DNA of 63,989 nt, filler included, from Basidiobolus ranarum (Eukaryota): the NCBI GenBank assembly GCA_040143965.1. It is 3 parts of 3 records of this genome, joined end to end, with 100 filler letters (N's around TTAATTAATTAA, not from the genome) between each part and the next. Parts side by side here need not be neighbours in the genome. Positions count along the whole stretch, not along the records: positions 22,156 to 44,008 come from JASJQH010007070.1; positions 44,109 to 63,989 come from JASJQH010007115.1; 1 more part is not named here. The stretch is one strand, 5' to 3'. Position 1 is the first letter of the stretch, and each line of letters begins with the position of its first letter. Of this stretch, positions 38,784-50,169 are shown one piece after another. The translations under genes and the position numbers were made by a program. The notes under the pieces are model-generated. The model searched no databases, was not told the origin of the DNA, and worked only from the letters and a program-made list of their open reading frames with translations.

Positions 38784-41700
38784 CTATTGAAGTAAGGGTT
38801 GTAATTTTTGAGCCAAGGCTTCCACATGGGGATCAAGAACAAATGAGTAGTGATGTCCGGGTACTTTGATGATCTCAATCTCTTTGGCATCCAAGATTGA
38901 AAACAACTCTGCCCAAACAAGCTGTGGATCAGGTGCCATGATATGCTTTTCAGTAGCTCGAAAAACCGTCACTTTTCCGGGATAGTGCTGTAGCTTATAG
39001 CTGTAAGTAGCCCTGAGAGTACCTACTAAAACGTCAATAATCCTTCGATCCTTGGAACTATCTGCGTCACCAGAAAAAACCCCCACTTGTCTGGATTTTT
39101 TTACTATATATGAAAGTTGCTCCTCTATGGAGAGATTCTCCAGTTCTTGTGGTTCTACTAGGTTATCGAACCCAAGCATTCCGCCATAAACCCGGGAGAG
39201 TACTCCCACGAGGTATTTATCATCAATAACCTTCCTTTGGTCGAGAATAATTGGTTTGTAGGAGTCCAAGATCGCTAGTAAACTAACTTCATGTCCTTGA
39301 CGCATTAATTGTAGCGCAACTTCTAACGCTACCACTCCTCCAAATGACCATCCACCTACTTGATATGGACCATCTGGTTGATGAGTGGTGATCACTTTGA
39401 CATAAGCATGTGCCATATCTTCTACCGTTTCTAATGGAAGTTCTCCTTCGTTAAATCCGGAAGCTTGGATTCCATAGAATGGATAATCTCCACCGAGATA
39501 ACGAGATAAGCTTACATAACAGAGAACGTTCCCTCCTGCTGGGTGTACACAGTAGAATGGACGTTTTGTACCACCGGTTTGGATGGGCACAAGATTGGAT
39601 TGAGTCACATTTCTATCCCCCTTTTTATCCTTCAAGAATTCGGATAAAGAAGCAATAGTAGAGTAAGTTAGTAAAGTGGCTAAAGGTAGATCTATACTAA
39701 ATTCCTTCTTGATTTCGGAAACAAGATTAATCGCAAGAATTGAATCACCACCTATGTGGAAAAAATCATCATAAATACCAATGCACTTTTGCTTTAAAAC
39801 TGAACTCATGATGGCTTGGAGTTCTTGTTGAAGTGCATTTTGAGGGGATACTCTCTGGCTATCTCGTTCGAAGCTAGACTCATCTGGGATTGGTAATTGT
39901 TTACGGTCTATTTTTCCGCTGGAGTTGAGTGGCATCTTAGATATAGTAACAATACTGCTAGGAACCATATAGCTAGGTAAATACTGTGCCAAATGGCTAC
40001 GCAGACGTTCTTTATCCAATTCAGTATCGGAATTTAAGGGGACCACATATGCCACGAGTTGTGGAGATGAATGACTTTTTATCACAGTTGTCACGGCTTC
40101 TTTCACTTCGGGATGTTTACCAAGTATATGCTCGATCTCCCCTAGCTCAATACGATACCCTTTGATCTTGACCTGATAATCCAAGCGATTTACATACTCA
40201 ATCACTCCATCCAAACGAAAGCGAGCCAAGTCACCAGTTCTATATAACTTCCCATTCTCTATTGAATATGGGTCAGGAATAAATTTTTCGGTAGTTAGAT
40301 CCTCTTTGTTGAGATATCCTTTTGCAACGTTTACTCCTCCAATGTAGATTTCCCCTGACATCCCAACTGGAACTGGCTGTAAATGTTGATCTAACAGGTA
40401 TATCTGCGTGTTAGCAATTGGTCTCCCAATGGGAACAGTTGTCTCTGAACTAGGTTGACATTCCCACCAAGTGACATCAATCGCAGCCTCCGTAGGTCCA
40501 TATAAGTTGAATAATTGGCACTTCGTCTCTTGGAAGAATTTTGTTTGTAGATCAGTAGGTAACACCTCTCCACTGCATACTACCCGTTTTAAGCACTGGC
40601 ACTTTTTCAAGTTCCCACTTTCAAGGAAGGCTCGAAGCATTGAGGGGACAAAATGAACGGTTGTAATATTTTCTGATATGATAAGTTCAGCAAGGTAGTC
40701 GGGATCTTTATGCCCTTCCGGCTTAGCTATGACTAAACTTGCTCCTATCATTAGAGGCCAGAAGAACTCCCAAATAGAAACATCAAAACCATACGGAGTT
40801 TTTTGCACTATAGCCTCTGTATCGTTGAGAGATAGTGCTTCTTGCATCCATAGCAGTCGGTTACAGATTCCACGATGTGTATTAATGACACCCTTAGGAT
40901 TTCCAGTAGATCCAGAGGTGTAAAGAACGTAGGCTGGGCTTTCAGGTGACCCTTGTGTAGGTGGATCAAGGGTTGACAAGGTAGAAAGCTCTGAGCAATC
41001 CCCATTAAGGCAGATCGTAGTTACACCCGAAATATCAGAGATCAAATAGGTATATTGAGTTTGAGTTAAAATAACGGGAACACGAGCATCCTTAAGTATG
41101 TATAGTACTCGCTCTGCTGGAAGCATCGGATCAATGGGCACGTAGGCACAGCCACTCTTCAATATTCCCAGTAGAGCTATGACCATCTCGAAAGAGCGCT
41201 CCATACACACACCGACCATAGTCCCTGGTGATACTTTTAATGATAACAAGTAATGCGCAAGTTGATTTGAACGACCGTTCAGTTCGGTATAGGTGAATGA
41301 TTCATTCAAGAACGTGACCGCTACTGAGTCTGGGGATTTTTGTACTTGTCTTTCAATCCAACTATGAAGTGTACGGTTCAAGTCATATTGGCGTTTAGTT
41401 TGATTCCATTCAAAGAGGATCTGGTGCTTTTCTCGTTCGGAAAGTAGTGGAATTCGAGAAATTGATATGTCAATGTTAGTTGTGACTGCTTCTAGCACTG
41501 TACAAAAGTTCCTCAGTAGCTGGTGAATGCTAGCTTCTTCATACCTGCTTCGATTGTAAATACCCCGAAGTGTCATGGAGTTTTCTTGGTCAATGACCAC
41601 CAAATTTAAACCAAACTTTGATAATTCAATGGGGTTATTCTCTCTCGTGAGCGATATTAGAGATGAATTCACGTTATACCTATTATAGAAGGACATGACA

Positions 41701-42320
41701 ATTTGATGTATAGGAGAGTCAGTGACGTCACAGTTAGGAGGGTACTCCTCTGAATACAAATGGAATGGGTATTGCTGATGACTTTTAGCTTTTTCGATCC
41801 CATCATTGACTTCTAGAAGAAACTCTCGAAATGATTTATCAGCTGAGATGGCTTGTCGAATGGGAATGAGATTACTTGTGGACGTTTTAGGAGGTGGTGC
41901 TACATAAAGTGCCGTCAAAATGTCTTCCGAGTTAGTGTAACGATGTAAGAGTACTTGAAATGCCGCTAGCATCAACGGTGTCTTTGTGGCTCCAAATTGG
42001 CGAGAAACACTCTTCAGTTCAGATAATAAATCGTTGGGGACTAACACTTCAGGGTAATATGTATCGAGGTTAGTGGAAACTCTTGGTAGCTCTAGTACGG
42101 GTAAAGGCTGCTTTAACGTTGTACGCCAGAATAACTCGTCTTCGGAGGTATATGCATTCTCAGCAGTTACTTTTCTTTCTGTATTTTCGTTGGACTGGAC
42201 GGTTTTGCCACTTAATCTTTCAAAGTCAATATTGAAGGAGTTTAATTGTTGGTAAGCATAGCCATTGATAAAGGAAGATTGAGAGGTCATTGCTGAGTTC
42301 AGAAGAGGTTGATGTACCAT
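38784..42320 (-). CDS. mysE: Intronless bacterial-type NRPS (partial C-A-T-TE), Ser-activating, MysE/shinorine-synthetase-like
   Basis: A-domain cores YTSGSTGNPKG, FDVSIWE, NLYGPTE, YRTGDL, QVKIKGYRIELGEIE, NSSGKIDR; pocket approximately DVWHVSLID (Ser code); PCP FFHIGGDSILA; TE GWSFGG. TE lid segments DDKYLVGVLSRVYGGM, DVLVGTLRATYSY and EKHIMAPDPQLVW match my recollection of cyanobacterial MysE (Ava_3855). Confidence 0.85.
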   Translation of the reverse strand: MVHQPLLNSAMTSQSSFINGYAYQQLNSFNIDFERLSGKTVQSNENTERKVTAENAYTSEDELFWRTTLKQPLPVLELPRVSTNLDTYYPEVLVPNDLLSELKSVSRQFGATKTPLMLAAFQVLLHRYTNSEDILTALYVAPPPKTSTSNLIPIRQAISADKSFREFLLEVNDGIEKAKSHQQYPFHLYSEEYPPNCDVTDSPIHQIVMSFYNRYNVNSSLISLTRENNPIELSKFGLNLVVIDQENSMTLRGIYNRSRYEEASIHQLLRNFCTVLEAVTTNIDISISRIPLLSEREKHQILFEWNQTKRQYDLNRTLHSWIERQVQKSPDSVAVTFLNESFTYTELNGRSNQLAHYLLSLKVSPGTMVGVCMERSFEMVIALLGILKSGCAYVPIDPMLPAERVLYILKDARVPVILTQTQYTYLISDISGVTTICLNGDCSELSTLSTLDPPTQGSPESPAYVLYTSGSTGNPKGVINTHRGICNRLLWMQEALSLNDTEAIVQKTPYGFDVSIWEFFWPLMIGASLVIAKPEGHKDPDYLAELIISENITTVHFVPSMLRAFLESGNLKKCQCLKRVVCSGEVLPTDLQTKFFQETKCQLFNLYGPTEAAIDVTWWECQPSSETTVPIGRPIANTQIYLLDQHLQPVPVGMSGEIYIGGVNVAKGYLNKEDLTTEKFIPDPYSIENGKLYRTGDLARFRLDGVIEYVNRLDYQVKIKGYRIELGEIEHILGKHPEVKEAVTTVIKSHSSPQLVAYVVPLNSDTELDKERLRSHLAQYLPSYMVPSSIVTISKMPLNSSGKIDRKQLPIPDESSFERDSQRVSPQNALQQELQAIMSSVLKQKCIGIYDDFFHIGGDSILAINLVSEIKKEFSIDLPLATLLTYSTIASLSEFLKDKKGDRNVTQSNLVPIQTGGTKRPFYCVHPAGGNVLCYVSLSRYLGGDYPFYGIQASGFNEGELPLETVEDMAHAYVKVITTHQPDGPYQVGGWSFGGVVALEVALQLMRQGHEVSLLAILDSYKPIILDQRKVIDDKYLVGVLSRVYGGMLGFDNLVEPQELENLSIEEQLSYIVKKSRQVGVFSGDADSSKDRRIIDVLVGTLRATYSYKLQHYPGKVTVFRATEKHIMAPDPQLVWAELFSILDAKEIEIIKVPGHHYSFVLDPHVEALAQKLQPLLQ

Positions 42321-44008
42321 GCTTCAATGCTCAATACTTTTCACAGAAATTATTCCAATCGACTGCGTTGGTGTTACATCCCCCTGATTAATAACCTTTA
42401 TCAGATATTCGTCATCACACAGTTGCTTGGATCTTTACTACAATCAGCTCTTTAGCTTATCATTCAATAGCACGTATGACTAGCCATCAAAGTGAGCAGG
42501 CAGTATGAGCGATGTGTGTCACCTACACTATATATATATCAGAATATTGCACCGAATAGTCCCCGCCCTCCCCGATTTGGATATAAATAAATAGCAACTT
42601 CAGATCGACGATCTCATGTGTTATATCAGGTGGCATAAAGTCCAACTTATTCCAACTTAATTAGCATACTTTAACTTGATTTGATTGAACCATTTGGCTA
42701 ACTTAAACGTAATGTGATTTAGCCTAACCCTGTGGAGATGATTTATACTTTTAGAGTGTCACTAACTCACAATGAGTTAAACAGTCAAAAATTCATTTAG
42801 GGTTGGGTAAGTTAAACAGTCAAAAATTCTTTATATAAACATAAAAAGTTTAATACAATAATTTTTTCAAAATCATAGCACACTCGTTTTAGGACTCAAG
42901 TAAGTACCCCATTTAAAATAAGAGTAGAGCACAAACATAGTACAAAGTGAGTTTAAACATTTCTAAAATCACTTTACTGTATTCATAAGAAATCAAGATA
43001 AAAAGGTGACTTCCAAATGAGCTAACTATCAATTAAAGGTAGCATTATTAATATTGTTATGTCGCTGTGGCTGAATGAACCAGTATTGACCAAAGATCTC
43101 GAAGAATTGCGTATCTAGATTGCGTATCTAGATAAATTTGCATATATATCTTTCAGATTCATGCGGATTTGGAGTGATAGTGAGTTTGAGAGATGCTATT
43201 ATTTTGATTTCTGAAAGCTTTAGCTGGGGGATGATACTCTAGTAAGTAATGAATCGCATACCAATATAAGATGTTATCTTAGCTTGAATGTGATCATATA
43301 TTTCTGCAACTTACTATGCATTTACCTAAACTATCTAACTATATTATTACAGGCGTAATCAATGCTATAATATGGGAGCAGCTACGAACACCTCGGCATA
43401 TATTTTTACAAACAAAAAGAAGGGTTTGTGCCGACAATCGCCATTGATTTGCTCTCTGATCCTTGCCCTCTGTATATAGAGTTGAATAACGATAATAAGA
43501 AAAATACAAGCAATTTAGAATCCCAAATAGAGATCGAATAATGTACCCATGTTGAGCATATAGAATAGTATTAGATGGTTGGTTGAATAGAGATCATGGT
43601 TATCAGGTCAAATCTAATGGTGAAGTGTTTTCACTAATGGCAGTAACGACAGAATAACTCCTCTTAACTTGATTATCGTATGGAAGTGTATGTTGATTCT
43701 CGTATGAAAGTGGCCTGTTTGTCACAACAACATCGAAATCAAACTTCTCAATTGAGTCGCATTGTCTTTATGAAACCCAGTAAAATAGTAACAACACTTG
43801 GATTATAAATTCTATCTATTTAGCAAGGGCATTTATTGTTCTAATCAATTATTTTACAACACCTTGAGTTTTGTTTGATTTTCAGTCGTTGTTTCTTAGG
43901 GTTAGGGGGGAGACAGTCACCCAAAGGTGAAATCTTTATTTCAAACAAAACAAAGAAGCCATAACTACTTTTGTAGTTTCTTAACTAATGTATGGAGATC
44001 AGGAGTAT

Positions 44009-44108
44009 NNNNNNNNNNNNNNNNNNNNNNNNNNNNNNNNNNNNNNNNNNNNTTAATTAATTAANNNNNNNNNNNNNNNNNNNNNNNNNNNNNNNNNNNN
44101 NNNNNNNN
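44009..44108. other. Scaffold gap (N run with TTAATTAATTAA spacer)
   Basis: N runs flanking TTAATTAATTAA at 44053-44064. Confidence 0.98.
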
Positions 44109-44956
44109 TGAGATCTTCTAAGTTTGTAAAAAGTATTTAAAGTAAGTTCCAATTGAGGAGAATGGATAATATCTTAGTGAAATATAAGACAACTAAGTAC
44201 TGAGCACCCATCTAATCTTCGCAAAAAAAGGAAATCCAACACAACAGAAGATGATGATCTTAAATCCATATAGTTTCCATTTTTGACAATGCGCTCCATG
44301 ATTGGCAGAGATTCCGGCGTTTAAATTGACGGTGATACAATGTGGTGTCTATGGAAGTTCAAGCATATGCATGGACTCGATCACATGTGTAGTTGAGATA
44401 TCGTACATACTATAGTTTATAAACCTCATACAATCCGAAGCGAATGTCTGATTGATCATTATGACACCTAACAATAAGACTGCATATGAGTCATAGCGAT
44501 CAAGCTACACCCAAGTGTAATCAAGTAGAGGCTCCATCTCGAAATGAGTCAAACTATATCATACCACGAAACATAGGTATGGTGGAAGTGACATGTTTTA
44601 GGATTCGTCGGAACACTGGGTTCAACAATTCAGATGATGCAGGTAGGATCCTTGGCAACATCAGTATGGAGCTGATATATTTTATTAATGTGTCGTACTT
44701 TGTTACAGATTACATTCTTGAGGTCTCTGTGAAAACTATCAAATTTTAGTGAAGTTTTTCCACAAATTGATAAGTATTTGGAATGGATGTTGACGATCGC
44801 GCGTACAGCTTGAATCTTCATTTCAGCCTGTAGTGGGGAATATTGACAAGGAAAAATATAAAAAATAAAGCAACTCATAAATACAGTAAAATATAGGTAT
44901 AAGTTAAAAATATATATACTTTGCCTTTCACAAAGCTGTATTCTTACGGTGAGTAC

Positions 44957-45631
44957 TCAAATCGAGATGCCAGAAAAGGAATCAGAAGTAATGGTCGAGA
45001 TAGAAGCAGAATCGTCAGAGGTTTTATTGTAGATAGCTCCTCTAAGCTCAATTACCTGTTGTTCGATGCATCGTAGAATTTCCTTAGTAGAGCCTAGCGT
45101 AACTCCTACACTAATGAGTTTATCTTCCCACTCAACAACCAGACTAAATAATCTTTTCCAGTCGGACGCACTGTACCCTAGGTCAGAAGCTAGAAGCCTA
45201 GCATGGTTTTGCAGTAAGGATTTCCACTTCTCTCCGATCATGTTCGAAAATCGGCATCTTTTAATCTGATAACTTTGAACAGGGCTCTCCCAAATCCATA
45301 TCAAATAATGTCGTGGATCAGTGGACGTGAGATCAAACTGTTTAGCAAATCTTGTTATAGACAGGGTCAACGATGTGAGTAAGTAAAAGCGTTGCTCGAC
45401 GTTTAGTTCTCTTCCACGCCCACCTAAACACTCGTACCAATAGATCAGACGTTCGAAATCAGAGCTTATCTGAGGATTTCTTTCGACGTCATTCTCCTGC
45501 ACAAAACTGGCTATCTTGGAAATGTCTGAGTGGCGACTACATGCTTTCAAGACCAATAGCTCCAACTGTTCTTTATTTAGACTCGAGATGTGGTTAACAA
45601 GTTTTGAATTTAGCATAGTGATGTGCAACAA
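44957..45631 (-). CDS. Hypothetical helical protein (intronless ORF, likely ATG at 45616)
   Basis: 224-codon ORF with protein-like composition (LNKEQLELLVLKAC..WKRLFSLVVEWEDKL); no family recognised. Confidence 0.55.
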   Translation of the reverse strand: MLHITMLNSKLVNHISSLNKEQLELLVLKACSRHSDISKIASFVQENDVERNPQISSDFERLIYWYECLGGRGRELNVEQRFYLLTSLTLSITRFAKQFDLTSTDPRHYLIWIWESPVQSYQIKRCRFSNMIGEKWKSLLQNHARLLASDLGYSASDWKRLFSLVVEWEDKLISVGVTLGSTKEILRCIEQQVIELRGAIYNKTSDDSASISTITSDSFSGISI

Positions 45632-46682
45632 AAAGAGTTGGTTTCAGTTGGTATTTGAAAGCGCCTTGTAGTTTTAAGATCTCTTAGAAGAATCAGCTGA
45701 ACTGGACAAAGGAACTGAGAGTAGAATCTGTTTTAAGTTGTGAGGCTGAGAAAATCACTCTTAAACCTGGAAATCTATTATCCATATGAATTTATGGACT
45801 GTTTTTGAAGCCAGTTCCAAAAACTCGTATTTTCATAATCATGATCAAAATAATCAACAAATATGGAAATATGGGAATGAACTCCGATAAACTAAGCATA
45901 GGTTGCCCCCCCTATACGTTCTCATTTAGACTTCAGTTAAACTTGTTATGTAGACAATGAAGATACCATGGCTTCTCCAGCAATTATCGACACACATCCA
46001 AATGCCCTTATCAGAAGAATAGCGATTAAAGTCTATATGATAAAGATGGGAGGACAACTTGAACACCAGATATCGCTCAGCGTACCTAGGTGTGTTTGTA
46101 ATCTGTGTTAGACCTTCCCCAACCATTCTAAATACGATGGTTACTATGCAACATCATTGGATTGTCTTCTTGTTTAGTGTCCTTACTAAAAAGTTAGAAT
46201 TGAGGGTAATTTTGCTCAATACATGGCCCCTTCCATCTGGGATTTCTCACAAATAGCAATGAACGAGTATATTCAAGTGACGGTGATGTTGGAAACATCA
46301 ACTCAACAACGAGTGTGACTGTTTATTTTCCTAAATGTTCAGTGTCTTGGTTTTCAGAATAACACCTCAAACCATGAATCGCTCTGTTGCTAGTTACAAA
46401 TATCTCCGTTCTAATTAAATTGATTTCCTCAAACACACCTATTGCAGCACTAATCCCTTATTTAACTCGTAATATTTGAACCTTAAGCTCTTGCTATTTC
46501 AGAGGCCCTTGTTCTTCTTCCTATCGAGATTCCTCTTGTTGCCAATTCCACAGAAATAACTTGGTGCCCCTCTTTCCATAAACGAAAGAAGGGCTTTCTT
46601 AACCTGAAACGTTCTTCTTCGAGCCCAATCAGCGTTCTCTACTCTTTCTTTCAGTAGAAGAAAAGTTGACGACCTGATATCC

Positions 46683-47856
46683 ATGTGTTCAACCGACCTC
46701 AAATTAGAGAACTCTCATGGTCACAATAAGTCCAAACGAATTCAGAGAAGAGCTTTGAGTTAGTAAAACAGCAAATTTTGAGTGAAATCGTATTTCTACT
46801 AAAATCCCTTTTGTTTAGTTGCAGATTCAACTAGCTCAGTATTTTGTAGAACTAAACCCTCAAATTATTCCTCTCTCTCTTTAGAAAAGAAAATGGATAT
46901 CGTCAATGCGGAAGTACTTGTTGGTTCGTTTGAAGGTATAAAATCAACCAAAACAGCCGTTAAAGAAGACTATTTTGGCCAAGAGCTTCGAAAGGACATC
47001 GGCATAATGAAGGAGGATTTCTTAGGGTTTAGAGAACATATAACTAGTATGTGGTCTCACCTGGAAGGTTTACAAGAACAGACTACGCAGGCCCAGAAAG
47101 AAATTAACCACAACGAGCTATGTCTAGGTACCATCCAAAGCACTCTGTATTCTATAATATATATTGACAGAGTTGGAATCAATTAATTTTGTATATAGAA
47201 AACCTCGAGGCTGAATTAAGATTTACAACTGAAGCGGTATTTCATGTTAAAGAAGAACTTGACTATCTGGTCAATTGTCAGGATTATTCTCAAGAGTCAC
47301 TTAAAGAGTCTCTGAGAATAGTCCAATATGAAATAATTAAGGTATTTGCTAATTATTTGACGACGTCGATTTTAAGTTCAAAAATTGAAAAATGAATCTA
47401 GCTATGTGATGAGCACTATAAAACTCATGACCAAATTCTGGCATATCAAACAAAGTTTTCTCAATATGAAAACTCAGCGGAGCATTGGTTTGACGAATCT
47501 AGGCGATACATACAAGTCACACAGCTTAGTATAAGAACTTTAACTGAGTTACGACTTGACCAAGTATGGCCAAATTATTGGTTTTCTTTTTACTCGATCT
47601 CACCTATTGCTTACAGGATATTCGAAAAAACACCAACTGTAATCACCACGACGTTAAACCTCGCTTTAATTTACCTAGCCCTATCAACACTACAAATCTA
47701 CCTCCTCCGAAAGGCACATTGATGAGTCCTTTAGAAGGACTTTTACGCTACTATCTAGATGCTACTAGGGGGCTTATAGACATCGTTAAGCTTTCCAGCT
47801 ACACAAAACTAAAGGAAGAAATAGGAGTACTACATTCATGTAGCTTGTATCGTTAG
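46683..47856 (+). CDS. Hypothetical coiled-coil protein, multi-exon; start uncertain
   Basis: Consecutive + strand ORF pieces (46893-47186, 47189-47395, 47401-47563, 47618-47856) separated by GT-AG intron-like stretches; heptad-like E/Q/K/L content. Confidence 0.45.
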
Positions 47857-48379
47857 CTGTACTAATTCCCGATCAAACGTAAATATGTAAATAAATATTA
47901 ACATAACCACTGTCTATACAGCGTTTCACAAACAGTACTAGGAACTTTCTCTAGACACAGCTGTTTGTAATTGTTTCTTGTTTGTACGTGCTGTAAATGG
48001 AGAGTTGAAAGGTTCGTAACTGTTTTCGAGCAATACCAGTTAGCTGGCCATTATTGTATTCTCAGTTGGATATCCATGAAAAGGCATATACGGTACGAAG
48101 ACACCAACTCAAGAAAATCAGTCAATTACTAAATGTTGACTTTGTTGCATTATAATCGGTCTGTCATATCCAAATCACTCATAGCGATTCACTTTGAATT
48201 AGTAAAATAACCCAACACAAGACGCCGATTAGAAATATTAATACCAATAACAAGAAGGTAGTGGAGCTTTGAAATAATGCCAATATGCATATGTTGAGTC
48301 ATTGTCGAAAAGGGACGAACGTTTAATAAGTATTGTTTGGAAGATAAACTGAACGAGTGAAACTATATCATCTGGAAGT

Positions 48380-48861
48380 TTATTTCACTTTGATGTTGTA
48401 CTTCTTTTGGAAGTCTCCGAAATCTTCTTCTTTCTTTTTATAACTTTGAAGAAGCTGTTCTATGACTTTTTTAATCTATTTATTAAAGATAACTAAGTTA
48501 ATATGATATTTACATTTATCAACTACATCAAAATACTTACGCCATCTTGGTTCATCTGAAGAGCAGGCAACACATCCTTCACCGTACGCTCAACTAAAAC
48601 ACCTCCAACCAATCGGTAGCACTTACGTTCGGCATCTAGGGGGGAGATAGTGTCGATGACAAGTCTGTTTAGAAAAAAGGAAAGTAAGCTTTTGAAACGG
48701 AAGGGGATGAAAGCCTCAAAGGTAAAAGTAAACAATATTTACTTATGCTCTTCTGATTCCATCTCTAGCTCTCCGACTTTTTGAGCAATAGCTTGAAGCT
48801 CCTGCTTCATGCTATTGAATTGAGCGACGATCTCTTGGTCACTTGGTTTCTTTTCAGACAT
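48380..48861 (-). CDS. GIM4: Prefoldin subunit 2, 3 exons
   Basis: MSEKKPSDQEIVAQFNSMKQELQAIAQKVGELEMESEEH..LVIDTISPLDAERKCYRLVGGVLVERTVKDVLPAL..FQKKYNIKVK*. Confidence 0.92.
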
Positions 48862-50169
48862 TGTGATGAAAGAGCAATGAAAGATACAAGGCTCGAAATA
48901 AGAAAAATGTTGGTTGAAAAAACCGACATTTTTTGATCGCTTTGATAGAAAAAAATTGTGAAAAATAACGCGATGTTCATCTCGTTAAACAGTGAATTAA
49001 ATATGTTGCTTATATCGAGTAATCTAAGCAAGATAAATCTACATGAATCCCGGATTTTCTCGTGACTCATACTACACCTGAATGTTATTCTCACTTAATG
49101 CTCATGGGACTGCGTTGTAACTTTTGCTTAGTTCAACCATTGGGCAAAATTGGGGCTTAATGAGAGTGTAGTATTGGTATACGTATACTCCATACTGCTT
49201 TCATGTTCAAATTTCACAATGTGAAGGTAGAAGGCAGGAAGATCAACGGTCAACAGCAACATTATTCCGTTGTATACTGGTTTCAGGATTCTATATTAAT
49301 TAGGACTCAAGACATGTCTTACATGACCCCCTCATTATGGCCAGAAATGTATAGCCGCTGAGTACTTGTATAGAAGTTTCGCTGTCACTTGGGATTCGAC
49401 TGAGGTTAGTTTGATTTCACGTGCAATTCTTTTTGTGCAAGATGATCCAAGCAGGTGAAGTGTATTAGAGAAATAAAGAGCACAGTGAGTGGCACTTCTA
49501 ATGCCCCTCCAGAAAATTATTTTCTTGAGCGGCGACTTACCACTATGCACTCTTGACAGCCTGTTGAAGATTCATATAAGCTCTGCACCCCCTGATCGAG
49601 AGGACCAGCGTTTGCAGCTAGCTTTCATGTTATATGTACGCATCGGATATTCTTAGGAAGGCTAATTGATAGCTTCGTAGGTAATTAAGTTGATTACCAA
49701 CTGTTTCAGAAAATATCCAGTGCTTCCACAGAACCCCTGATTATGTAGTGTTTAGCTGATCGCAATGCTTGATGTGTGATCTAGACTGATGGCTCCAATG
49801 CATCATGTCAAACGCACAGCTATGGAAAACTGAAGTACATCATTGGATCCTCCTCAGACACTTGATTGATACTAGATTGTTTTTAAATTCTCCTGGAAAA
49901 CAGCCCGGTTTTGCATTTGGCAGCTCCACTATCATGGTTGCGAAAACATCGGAAAAGGACTGATAAATGCCTCTAATTAGACTCTGCTATTTATTCCTCC
50001 ATATTAAGATTACTACATATATATAGCTGCATTCTGAACATTACCCTTTCATCTTTTCTACTTGGCACTTCAAGAGTTCTTGCTGAAATATAGAGTTATC
50101 AAACCTCGAAGTAACACTTCTTATTTGCTGAACCTCCTTTGATAACTTGAAGAGAACCACCCTCCCATA

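Noticed and set aside
38784-42320. Bacterial contamination as the explanation for the NRPS
   Set aside because: It is contiguous with an intron-rich fungal gene, has host-like AT content and no operon neighbours; read-level confirmation is still advisable.
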